64,000 nt of DNA from Eledone cirrhosa. Lineage: Eukaryota. The position numbers were made by a program, and so were the translations under genes. Under the pieces are notes generated by a model. That model had not been told where the DNA came from and did not search any database. It saw only the letters and a list, made by a program, of their open reading frames with translations. The DNA is taken from positions 30,876,001 through 30,940,000 of the forward strand of contig OZ024744.1 in the NCBI GenBank assembly GCA_964016885.1, in the 5' to 3' direction. This document shows, piece after piece, positions 12,001 through 26,000 of this stretch; position 1 is the first letter of the stretch, and each line of letters begins with the position of its first letter.

Positions 12001-14099
12001 AGGAACCACCTCCCACTGTCACTGTCTCCATCTCTCCCACTCTCTCCCTATCTCTCATATACACCAGGTCCAAACACAGAGGAACCAACCTCCCACTGTC
12101 ACTGCCTCCATCTCTCCCACTCTCTCCCTCTCTCTCATATACACCAGGTCTAAACACAGAGGAACCAACCTCCCACTGTCACTGCCTCCATCTCTCCCAC
12201 TCTCTCCCTATCTCTCATATACACCAGGTCCAAACACAGAGGAACCAACCTCCCACTGTCACTGCCTCCGTCTCTCCCGCTCTCTCCCTATCTCTTATAT
12301 ACACCAGGTCTAAACACAGAGGTACAAACCTCCCACTGTCACTGACCACATCTCTCCCACTCTCTCCCTATCTCTCATATACACCAGGTCCAAACACAGA
12401 GGAACCAACCTCCCACTGTCACTGCCTCCGTCTCTCCCACTCTCTCCCTATCTCTCATATACACCAGGTCCAAACACAGAGGAACCAACCTCCCATTGTC
12501 ACTGCCTCCGTCTCTCTCCCACTCTCCCTATCTCTCATATACACCAGGTCCAAACACAGAGGAACCAACCTCCCACTGTCACTGCCTCCGTCTCTCCCAC
12601 TCTCTCCCTATCTCTCATATACAACAGGTCCAAACACAGAGGAACCAACCTCCCACTGTCACTGCCTCCATATCTCCCACTCTCTCCCTATATCTCATAT
12701 ACACCAGGTCCAAACACAGAGGAACCAACCTCCCACTGTCACTGCCTCCGTCTCTCTCACACTCTCTCCCTATCTCTCATATAAATCAGGTCCAAACACA
12801 GAGGAACCAACCTCCCACTGTCACTGCCTCCGTCTCTCCCACACTCTCCCTATCTCTCATATACACCAGGTCTAAACAGAGGAACCAACCTCCCACTGTC
12901 ACTGCCTCCATCTCTCCCACTCTCTCCCTATCTCTCATATACACCAGGTCCAAACACAGAGGAACCAACCTCCCACTGTCACTGCCTCCGTCTCTCTCAC
13001 TCTCTCCCTATCTCTCATATACACCAGGTCCAAACACAGAGGAACCAACCTCCCACTGTCACTGCCTCTGTCTCTCTCACTCTCTCCCTATCTCTCATAT
13101 ACACCAGGTCCAAACACAGAGGAACCAACCTCCCACTGTCACTGCCTCCGTCTCTCCCACTCTCTCACAATCTATCATGTACACCAGGTCCAAACACAGA
13201 GGAACCAACCTCCCACTGTCACTGCCTCCGCCTCTCTCACTCTCTCCCTATCTCTCATATACACCAGGTCCAAACACAGAGGAACCAACCTCCCACAGTC
13301 ACTGCTTCCGTCTCTCCCACTCTCTCCCTATCTCTCATATACACCAGGTCCAAACACAGAGGAACCAACCTCCCACTGTCACTGCCTCCGTCTCTCACTC
13401 TCTCCCTATCTCTCATATACACCAGGTCCAAACACAGAGGAACCAACCTCCCACTGTCACTGCTTCCATCTCTCCCACTCACCCTATCTCTCATATACAC
13501 CAGGTTCAAACACAGAGGAACCAACCTCCCACTGTCACTGCCTCCGTCTCTCCCACTCTCTCCCTATCTCTCATATACACCAGGTCTAAACACAGAGGAT
13601 CCAACCTCCAACTGTCACTGCCTACGTCTCTCTCACTCTCCCTACCTCTCATATACTCCAGGTCTAAACACAGAGGAACCAACCTCCCACTGTCACTGCC
13701 TCCGTCTCTCCCACTCTCTCCCTATCTCTCATATACACCAGGTCCAAACACAGAGGAACCAACCTCCCACTGTCTCTGCCTACGTCTCTTCTCTCTCCCT
13801 ATCTCTCATATAAACCAGGTCCAAACACAGAGGAACCAACCTCACACTGTCACTGCCTACGTCTCTCCCACTCTCTCCCTATCTCTCATATACACCAGGT
13901 CCTAACACAGAGGAACCAACCGCCCACTGTCACTGCCTCCATCTCTCCCACTCTCCCTATCTCTCATATACACCAGGTCGAAACACAGAGGAACCAACCT
14001 CCCACTGTCACTGCCTCCATCTCTCCCACTCTCTCCCTATCTCTCATATACACCAGGTCCAAACACAGAGGAACCAACCTCCCACTGTCACTGCCTCCG

Positions 14100-17000
14100 T
14101 CTCTCCCGCTCTCTCCCTATCTCTTATATACACCAGGTCTAAACACAGAGGTACCAACCTCCAACTGTAACTGACCACATCTCTCGCACTCTCTCCCTAT
14201 CTCTCATATACACCAGGTCCAAACTCAGAGGAACCAACCTCCCACTGTCACTGCCTCCGTCTCTCTCACTCTCTCCCTATCTCTCATATACAACAGGTCC
14301 AAACACAGAGGAACCAACCTCCCATTGTCACTGCCTCCATCTCTCTCCCACTCTCCCTATCTCTCATATACACCAGGTCCAAACACAGAGGAACCAACCT
14401 CCCACTGTCACTGCCTCCGTCTCTCCCACTCTCTCCCTATCTCTCATATACAACAGGTCCAAACACAGAGGAACCAACCTCCCACTGTCACTGCCTCCAT
14501 CTCTCCCACTCTCTCCCTATCTCTCATATACACCAGGTCCAAACACAGAGGAACCAACCTCCCACTGTCACTGCCTCCGTCTCTCTCCCACTCTCTCCCT
14601 ATCTCTCATATAAATCAGGTCCAAACACAGAGGAACCAAACTCCCACTGTCACTGCCTCCGTCTCTCCCACTCTCTCCCTATCTCTCATATACACCAAGT
14701 CTAAACACAGAGGAACCAACCTCCCACTGTCACTGCCTCCATCTCTCCCACTCTCTCCCTATCTCTCATATACACCAGGTCCAAACACAGAGGAACCAAC
14801 CTCCCACTGTCACTGCCTCCGTCTCTCTCCCACTCTCTCCCTATCTCTCATATACACCAGGTCTAAACACAGAGGAACCAACCTGCCACTGTCACTGCCT
14901 CCGTCTCTCCCACTCTCTCCCTATCTCTCATATACACCAGGTCCAAACACAGAGGATCCAACCACCCACTGTCACTGCCTCCATCTCTCCCACTCTCTCC
15001 CTATCTCTCCTATACACCAGGGCCAAACACAGTGGAACCAACCTCCCACTGTCTCTGCCACCGTCTCTCCCACTCTCCCTATCTCTCATATACACCAGGT
15101 CTAAACACAAAGGAACCAACCTCCCACTGTCACTGCCTCCATCTCTCCCACTCACTCCCTATCTCTCATATACACCAGGTCTAAACACAGAGGAACCAAC
15201 CTCCCACTGTCACTGCCTCCATCTCTCCCACTCTCACCCTATCTCTCATATACACCAGGTCCAAACACAGAGGAACCAACCTCCCACTGTCACTGCCTCC
15301 ATCTCTCCCACTCTCTCCCTATCTCTCATATACACCAGGTCCAAACACAGAGGAACCAACCTCCCACTGTCACTGCCTACGTCTCTCCCACTCTCACCCT
15401 ATCTCTCATATACACCAGGTCTAAACACAGAGGAACCAACCTCCCACTGTCACTGACACCGTCTCTCCCACTCTCTCCCTATCTCTCATATACACCAGGT
15501 CCAAACACAGAGGAACCAACATCCCACTGTCACTGCCTCCGTCTCTCCCACTCTCTCCCTACCTCTCATATACACCAGGTCCAAACACAGAGGAACCAAC
15601 CTCCCACTGTCACTGCCTCCGTCTCTCTCACTCTCTCCCTATCTCTCATATACACCAGGTCCAAACACAGAGGAACCAACCTCCCACTGTCACTGCCTCC
15701 GTCTCTCTCACTCTCCCTATCTCTCATATACACCAGGTCTAAACACAGAGGAACCAACCTCCCACTGTCACTGCCTCCGCCTCTCCCACTCACTCCCTAT
15801 CTCACATATACACCAGGTCTAAACACAGAGGAACCAACCTCCCAATGTCACTGCCTCCGTCTCTCTCTCACACTCCCTATCTCTCATATACACCAGGTCC
15901 AAACACAGAGGAACCAACCTCCCACTGTCACTGAATCCGTCTCTCCCACTCTCTCACAATCTCTCATATACACCAGGTCGAAACACAGAGGAACCAACCT
16001 CCCGCTGTCACTGCCTCCATCTCTCTCACTCTCTCCCTATCTCTCATATAAACCAGGTCCAAACACAGAGGAACCAACCTCCCACTGTCACTGCCTCTGT
16101 CTCTCCCACTCTCTCCCTATCTCTCATATACACCAGGTCCAAACACAGAGGAACCAACCTCCCACTGTCACTGCCTCCGTCTCTCACTCTCTCCCTATCT
16201 CTCATATACACCAGGTCCAAACACAGAGGAACCAACCTCCCACTGTCACTGCTTCCATCTCTCCCACTCTCCCTATCTCTCATATACACCAGGTTCAAAC
16301 ACAGAGGAACCAACCTCCCACTGTCACTGCCCCCGTCTCTCCCACTCTCTCCCTATCTCTCATATACACCAGGTCTAAACACAGAGGATCCAACCTCCCA
16401 CTGTCACTGCCTACGTCTCTCTCACTCTCCCTACCTCTCATATACACCAGGTCTAAACACAGAGGAACCAACCTCCCACTGTCACTGCCTCCGTCTCTCC
16501 CACTCTCTCCCTATCTCTCATATACACCAGGTCCAAACACAGAGGAACCAACCTCCCACTGTCTCTGCCTACGTCTCTCCCACTTTCCCTATCTCTCATA
16601 TAAACCAGGTCCAAACACAGAGGAACCAACCTCACACTGTCACTGCCTCCGTCTCTCTCACTCTCCCTATCTCTCATATACACCAGGTCTAAACACAGAG
16701 GAACCAACCTCCCACTGTCACTGCCTCCGCCTCTCCCACTCACTCCCTATCTCTCATATACACCAGGTCTAAACACAGAGGAACCAACCTCCCAATGTCA
16801 CTGCCTCCGTCTCTCTCTCACACTCCCTATCTCTCATATACACCAGGTCCAAACACAGAGGAACCAACCTCCCACTGTCACTGAATCCGTCTCTCCCACT
16901 CTCTCACAATCTCTCATATACACCAGGTCGAAACACAGAGGAACCAACCTCCCGCTGTCACTGCCTCCATCTCTCTCACTCTCTCCCTATCTCTCATATA

Positions 17001-20000
17001 AACCAGGTCCAAACACAGAGGAACCAACCCCCCACTGTCACTGCCTCTGTCTCTCCCACTCTCTCCCTATCTCTCATATACACCAGGTCCAAACACAGAG
17101 GAACCAACCTCCCACTGTCACTGCCTCCGTCTCTCACTCTCTCCCTATCTCTCATATACACCAGGTCCAAACACAGAGGAACCAACCTCCCACTGTCACT
17201 GCTTCCATCTCTCCCACTCTCCCTATCTCTCATATACACCAGGTTCAAACACAGAGGAACCAACCTCCCACTGTCACTGCCTCCGTCTCTCCCACTCTCT
17301 CCCTATCTCTCATATACACCAGGTCTAAACACAGAGGATCCAACCTCCCACTGTCACTGCCTACGTCTCTCTCACTCTCCCTACCTCTCATATACACCAG
17401 GTCTAAACACAGAGGAACCAACCTCCCACTGTCACTGCCTCCGTCTCTCCCACTCTCTCCCTATCTCTCATATACACCAGGTCCAAACACAGAGGAACCA
17501 ACCTCCCACTGTCTCTGCCTACGTCTCTCCCACTCTCCCTATCTCTCATATAAACCAGGTCCAAACACAGAGGAACCAACCTCACACTGTCACTGCCTCC
17601 GTCTCTCTCACTCTCCCTATCTCTCATATACACCAGGTCTAAACACAGAGGAACCAACCTCCCACTGTCACTGCCTCCGCCTCTCCCACTCACTCCCTAT
17701 CTCTCATATACACCAGGTCTAAACACAGAGGAACCAACCTCCCAATGTCACTGCCTCCGTCTCTCTCTCACACTCCCTATCTCTCATATACACCAGGTCC
17801 AAACACAGAGGAACCAACCTCCCACTGTCACTGAATCCGTCTCTCCCACTCTCTCACAATCTCTCATATACACCAGGTCGAAACACAGAGGAACCAACCT
17901 CCCGCTGTCACTGCCTCCATCTCTCTCACTCTCTCCCTATCTCTCATATAAACCAGGTCCAAACACAGAGGAACCAACCTCCCACTGTCACTGCCTCTGT
18001 CTCTCCCACTCTCTCCCTATCTCTCATATACACCAGGTCCAAACACAGAGGAACCAACCTCCCACTGTCACTGCCTCCGTCTCTCACTCTCTCCCTATCT
18101 CTCATATACACCAGGTCCAAACACAGAGGAACCAACCTCCCACTGTCACTGCTTCCATCTCTCCCACTCTCCCTATCTCTCATATACACCAGGTTCAAAC
18201 ACAGAGGAACCAACCTCCCACTGTCACTGCCTCCGTCTCTCCCACTCTCTCCCTATCTCTCATATACACCAGGTCTAAACACAGAGGATCCAACCTCCCA
18301 CTGTCACTGCCTACGTCTCTCTCACTCTCCCTACCTCTCATATACACCAGGTCTAAACACAGAGGAACCAACCTCCCACTGTCACTGCCTCCGTCTCTCC
18401 CACTCTCTCCCTATCTCTCATATACACCAGGTCCAAACACAGAGGAACCAACCTCCCACTGTCTCTGCCTACGTCTCTCCCACTCTCCCTATCTCTCATA
18501 TAAACCAGGTCCAAACACAGAGGAACCAACCTCACACTGTCACTGCCTACGTCTCTCCCACTCTCTCCCTATCTCTCATATACACCAGGTCCTAACACAG
18601 AGGAACCAACCTCCCACTGTCACTGCCTCCATCTCTCCCACTCTCCCTATCTCTCATATACACCAGGTCGAAACACAGAGGAACCAACCTCCCACTGTCA
18701 CTGCCTCCATCTCTCCCACTCTCTCTCTATCTCTCATATACACCAGGTCCAAACACAGAGGAACCAACCTCCCACTGTCACTGCCTCCGTCTCTCCCGCT
18801 CTCTCCCTATCTCTTATATACACCAGGTCTAAACACAGAGGTACCAACCTCCCACTGTCACTGACCACATCTCTCCCACTCTCTCCCTATCTCTCATATA
18901 CACCAGGTCCAAACTCAGAGGAACCAACCTCCCACTGTCACTGCCTCCGTCTCTCTCACTCTCTCCCTATCTCTCATATACAACAGGTCCAAACACAGAG
19001 GAACCAACCTCCCATTGTCACTGCCTCCATCTCTCTCCCACTCTCCCTATCTCTCATATACACCAGGTCCAAACACAGAGGAACCAACCTCCCACTGTCA
19101 CTGCCTCCGTCTCTCCCACTCTCTCCCTATCTCTCATATACAACAGGTCCAAACACAGAGGAACCAACCTCCCACTGTCACTGCCTCCATCTCTTCCACT
19201 CTCTCCCTATCTCTCATATACACCAGGTCCAAACACAGAGGAACCAACCTCCCACTGTCACTGCCTCCGTCTCTCTCCCACTCTCTCCCTATCTCTCATA
19301 TAAATCAGGTCCAAACACAGAGGAACCAACCTCCCACTGTCACTGCCTCCGTCTCTCCCACTCTCTCCCTATCTCTCATATACACCAAGTCTAAACACAG
19401 AGGAACCAACCTCCCACTGTCACTGCCTCCATCTCTCCCACTCTCTCCCTATCTCTCATATACACCAGGTCCAAACACAGAGGAACCAACCTCCCACTGT
19501 CACTGCCTCCGTCTCTCCCGCTCTCTCCCTATCTCTTATATACACCAGGTCTAAACACAGAGGTACCAACCTCCAACTGTAACTGACCACATCTCTCGCA
19601 CTCTCTCCCTATCTCTCATATACACCAGGTCCAAACTCAGAGGAACCAACCTCCCACTGTCACTGCCTCCGTCTCTCTCACTCTCTCCCTATCTCTCATA
19701 TACAACAGGTCCAAACACAGAGGAACCAACCTCCCATTGTCACTGCCTCCATCTCTCTCCCACTCTCCCTATCTCTCATATACACCAGGTCCAAACACAG
19801 AGGAACCAACCTCCCACTGTCACTGCCTCCGTCTCTCCCACTCTCTCCCTATCTCTCATATACAACAGGTCCAAACACAGAGGAACCAACCTCCCACTGT
19901 CACTGCCTCCATCTCTCCCACTCTCTCCCTATCTCTCATATACACCAGGTCCAAACACAGAGGAACCAACCTCCCACTGTCACTGCCTCCGTCTCTCTCC

Positions 20001-23000
20001 CACTCTCTCCCTATCTCTCATATAAATCAGGTCCAAACACAGAGGAACCAAACTCCCACTGTCACTGCCTCCGTCTCTCCCACTCTCTCCCTATCTCTCA
20101 TATACACCAAGTCTAAACACAGAGGAACCAACCTCCCACTGTCACTGCCTCCATCTCTCCCACTCTCTCCCTATCTCTCATATACACCAGGTCCAAACAC
20201 AGAGGAACCAACCTCCCACTGTCACTGCCTCCGTCTCTCTCCCACTCTCTCCCTATCTCTCATATAAATCCGGTCCAAACACAGAGGAACCAACCTGCCA
20301 CTGTCACTGCCTCCGTCTCTCCCACTCTCTCCCTATCTCTCATATACACCAGGACCAAACACAGAGGATCCAACCACCCACTGTCACTGCCTCCATCTCT
20401 CCCACTCTCTCCCTATCTCTCCTATACACCAGGGCCAAACACAGAGGAACCAACCTCCCACTGTCTCTGCCACTGTCTCTCCCACTCTCCCTATCTCTCA
20501 TATACACCAGGTCTAAACACAAAGGAACCAACCTCCCACTTTCACTGCCTCCATCTCTCCCACTCACTCCCTATCTCTCATATACACCAGGTCTAAACAC
20601 AGAGGAACCAACCTCCCACTGTCACTGCCTCCATCTCTCCCACTCTCACCCTATCTCTCATATACACCAGGTCCAATCACAGAGGAACCAACCTCCCACT
20701 GTCACTGCCTCCATCTCTCCCACTCTCTCCCTATCTCTCATATACACCAGGTCCAAACACAGAGGAACCAACCTCCCACTGTCACTGCCTACGTCTCTCC
20801 CACTCTCACCCTATCTCTCATATACACCAGGTCTAAACACAGAGGAACCAACCTCCCACTGTCACTGACACCGTCTCTCCCACTCTCTCCCTATCTCTCA
20901 TATACACCAGGTCTAAACACAGAGGAACCAACCTCCCACTGTCACTGACACCGTCTCTCCCACTCTCTCCCTATCTCTCATATACACCAGGTCCAAACAC
21001 AGAGGAACCAACATCCCACTGTCACTGCCTCCGTCTCTCCCACTCTCCCTATCTCTCATATACACCAGGTCCAAACACAGAGGAACCAACATCCCACTGT
21101 CACTGCCTCCGTCTCTCTCACTCTCCCTACCTCTCATATACACCAGGTCCAAACACAGAGGAACCAACCTCCCACTGTTACTGCCTCCGTCTCTCTCACT
21201 CTCTCCCTATCTCTCATATACAACAGGTCCAAACACAGAGGAACCAACCTCCCACTGTCACTGCCTCCGTCTCTCTCACTCTCCCTATCTCTCATATACA
21301 CCAGGTCTAAACACAGAGAACCAACCTCCCACTGTCACTGCCTCCGCCTCTCCCACTCACTCCCTATCTCTCATATACACCAGGTCTAAACACAGAGGAA
21401 CCAACCTCCCAATGTCACTGCCTCCGTCTCTCTCTCACACTCCCTATCTCTCATATACACCAGGTCCAAACACAGAGGAACCAACCTCCCACTGTCACTG
21501 AATCCGTCTCTCCCACTCTCTCACAATCTCTCATATACACCAGGTCGAAACACAGAGGAACCAACCTCCCGCTGTCACTGCCTCCATCTCTCTCACTCTC
21601 TCCCTATCTCTCATATAAACCAGGTCCAAACACAGAGGAACCAACCTCCCACTGTCACTGCCTCTGTCTCTCCCACTCTCTCCCTATCTCTCATATACAC
21701 CAGGTCCAAACACAGAGGAACCAACCTCCCACTGTCACTGCCTCCGTCTCTCACTCTCTCCCTATCTCTCATATACACCAGGTCCAAACACAGAGGAACC
21801 AACCTCCCACTGTCACTGCTTCCATCTCTCCCACTCTCCCTATCTCTCATATACACCAGGTTCAAACACAGAGGAACCAACCTCCCACTGTCACTGCCTC
21901 CGTCTCTCCCACTCTCTCCCTATCTCTCATATACACCAGGTCTAAACACAGAGGATCCATCCTCCCACTGTCACTGCCTACGTCTCTCTCACTCTCCCTA
22001 CCTCTCATATACACCAGGTCTAAACACAGAGGAACCAACCTCCCACTGTCACTGCCTCCGTCTCTCCCACTCTCTCCCTATCTCTCATATACACCAGGTC
22101 CAAACACAGAGGAACCAACCTCCCACTGTCTCTGCCTACGTCTCTCCCACTCTCCCTATCTCTCATATAAACCAGGTCCAAACACAGAGGAACCAACCTC
22201 ACACTGTCACTGCCTCCGTCTCTCTCACTCTCCCTATCTCTCATATACACCAGGTCTAAACACAGAGGAACCAACCTCCCACTGTCACTGCCTCCGCCTC
22301 TCCCACTCACTCCCTATCTCTCATATACACCAGGTCTAAACACAGAGGAACCAACCTCCCAATGTCACTGCCTCCGTCTCTCTCTCACACTCCCTATCTC
22401 TCATATACACCAGGTCCAAACACAGAGGAACCAACCTCCCACTGTCACTGAATCCGTCTCTCCCACTCTCTCACAATCTCTCATATACACCAGGTCGAAA
22501 CACAGAGGAACCAACCTCCCGCTGTCACTGCCTCCATCTCTCTCACTCTCTCCCTATCTCTCATATAAACCAGGTCCAAACACAGAGGAACCAACCTCCC
22601 ACTGTCACTGCCTCTGTCTCTCCCACTCTCTCCCTATCTCTCATATACACCAGGTCCAAACACAGAGGAACCAACCTCCCACTGTCACTGCCTCCGTCTC
22701 TCACTCTCTCCCTATCTCTCATATACACCAGGTCCAAACACAGAGGAACCAACCTCCCACTGTCACTGCTTCCATCTCTCCCACTCTCCCTATCTCTCAT
22801 ATACACCAGGTTCAAACACAGAGGAACCAACCTCCCACTGTCACTGCCTCCGTCTCTCCCACTCTCTCCCTATCTCTCATATACACCAGGTCTAAACACA
22901 GAGGATCCAACCTCCCACTGTCACTGCCTACGTCTCTCTCACTCTCCCTACCTCTCATATACACCAGGTCTAAACACAGAGGAACCAACCTCCCACTGTC

Positions 23001-26000
23001 ACTGCCTCCGTCTCTCCCACTCTCTCCCTATCTCTCATATACACCAGGTCCAAACACAGAGGAACCAACCTCCCACTGTCTCTGCCTACGTCTCTCCCAC
23101 TCTCCCTATCTCTCATATAAACCAGGTCCAAACACAGAGGAACCAACCTCACACTGTCACTGCCTCCGTCTCTCTCACTCTCCCTATCTCTCATATACAC
23201 CAGGTCTAAACACAGAGGAACCAACCTCCCACTGTCACTGCCTCCGCCTCTCCCACTCACTCCCTATCTCTCATATACACCAGGTCTAAACACAGAGGAA
23301 CCAACCTCCCAATGTCACTGCCTCCGTCTCTCTCTCACACTCCCTATCTCTCATATACACCAGGTCCAAACACAGAGGAACCAACCTCCCACTGTCACTG
23401 AATCCGTCTCTCCCACTCTCTCACAATCTCTCATATACACCAGGTCGAAACACAGAGGAACCAACCTCCCGCTGTCACTGCCTCCATCTCTCTCACTCTC
23501 TCCCTATCTCTCATATAAACCAGGTCCAAACACAGAGGAACCAACCTCCCACTGTCACTGCCTCTGTCTCTCCCACTCTCTCCCTATCTCTCATATACAC
23601 CAGGTCCAAACACAGAGGAACCAACCTCCCACTGTCACTGCCTCCGTCTCTCACTCTCTCCCTATCTCTCATATACACCAGGTCCAAACACAGAGGAACC
23701 AACCTCCCACTGTCACTGCTTCCATCTCTCCCACTCTCCCTATCTCTCATATACACCAGGTTCAAACACAGAGGAACCAACCTCCCACTGTCACTGCCTC
23801 CGTCTCTCCCACTCTCTCCCTATCTCTCATATACACCAGGTCTAAACACAGAGGATCCAACCTCCCACTGTCACTGCCTACGTTTCTCTCACTCTCCCTA
23901 CCTCTCATATACACCAGGTCTAAACACAGAGGAACCAACCTCCCACTGTCACTGCCTCCGTCTCTCCCACTCTCTCCCTATCTCTCATATACACCAGGTC
24001 CAAACACAGAGGAACCAACCTCCCACTGTCTCTGCCTACGTCTCTCCCACTCTCCCTATCTCTCATATAAACCAGGTCCAAACACAGAGGAACCAACCTC
24101 ACACTGTCACTGCCTACGTCTCTCCCACTCTCTCCCTATCTCTCATATACACCAGGTCCTAACACAGAGGAACCAACCTCCCACTGTCACTGCCTCCATC
24201 TCTCCCACTCTCCCTATCTCTCATATACACCAGGTCGAAACACAGAGGAACCAACCTCCCACTGTCACTGCCTCCATCTCTCCCCCTCTCTCTCTATCTC
24301 TCATATACACCAGGTCCAAACACAGAGGAACCAACCTCCCACTGTCACTGCCTCCGTCTCTCCCGCTCTCTCCCTATCTCTTATATACACCAGGTCTAAA
24401 CACAGAGGTACCAACCTCCCACTGTCACTGACCACATCTCTCCCACTCTCTCCCTATCTCTCATATACACCAGGTCCAAACTCAGAGGAACCAACCTCCC
24501 ACTGTCACTGCCTCCGTCTCTCTCACTCTCTCCCTATCTCTCATATACAACAGGTCCAAACACAGAGGAACCAACCTCCCATTGTCACTGCCTCCATCTC
24601 TCTCCCACTCTCCCTATCTCTCATATACACCAGGTCCAAACACAGAGGAACCAACCTCCCACTGTCACTGCCTCCGTCTCTCCCACTCTCTCCCTATCTC
24701 TCATATACAACAGGTCCAAACACAGAGGAACCAACCTCCCACTGTCACTGCCTCCATCTCTTCCACTCTCTCCCTATCTCTCATATACACCAGGTCCAAA
24801 CACAGAGGAACCAACCTCCCACTGTCACTGCCTCCGTCTCTCTCCCACTCTCTCCCTATCTCTCATATAAATCAGGTCCAAACACAGAGGAACCAACCTC
24901 CCACTGTCACTGCCTCCGTCTCTCCCACTCTCTCCCTATCTCTCATATACACCAAGTCTAAACACAGAGGAACCAACCTCCCACTGTCACTGCCTCCATC
25001 TCTCCCACTCTCTCCCTATCTCTCATATACACCAGGTCCAAACACAGAGGAACCAACCTCCCACTGTCACTGCCTCCGTCTCTCCCGCTCTCTCCCTATC
25101 TCTTATATACACCAGGTCTAAACACAGAGGTACCAACCTCCAACTGTAACTGACCACATCTCTCGCACTCTCTCCCTATCTCTCATATACACCAGGTCCA
25201 AACTCAGAGGAACCAACCTCCCACTGTCACTGCCTCCGTCTCTCTCACTCTCTCCCTATCTCTCATATACAACAGGTCCAAACACAGAGGAACCAACCTC
25301 CCATTGTCACTGCCTCCATCTCTCTCCCACTCTCCCTATCTCTCATATACACCAGGTCCAAACACAGAGGAACCAACCTCCCACTGTCACTGCCTCCGTC
25401 TCTCCCACTCTCTCCCTATCTCTCATATACAACAGGTCCAAACACAGAGGAACCAACCTCCCACTGTCACTGCCTCCATCTCTCCCACTCTCTCCCTATC
25501 TCTCATATACACCAGGTCCAAACACAGAGGAACCAACCTCCCACTGTCACTGCCTCCGTCTCTCTCCCACTCTCTCCCTATCTCTCATATAAATCAGGTC
25601 CAAACACAGAGGAACCAAACTCCCACTGTCACTGCCTCCGTCTCTCCCACTCTCTCCCTATCTCTCATATACACCAAGTCTAAACACAGAGGAACCAACC
25701 TCCCACTGTCACTGCCTCCATCTCTCCCACTCTCTCCCTATCTCTCATATACACCAGGTCCAAACACAGAGGAACCAACCTCCCACTGTCACTGCCTCCG
25801 TCTCTCTCCCACTCTCTCCCTATCTCTCATATAAATCCGGTCCAAACACAGAGGAACCAACCTGCCACTGTCACTGCCTCCGTCTCTCCCACTCTCTCCC
25901 TATCTCTCATATACACCAGGTCCAAACACAGAGGATCCAACCACCCACTGTCACTGCCTCCATCTCTCCCACTCTCTCCCTATCTCTCCTATACACCAGG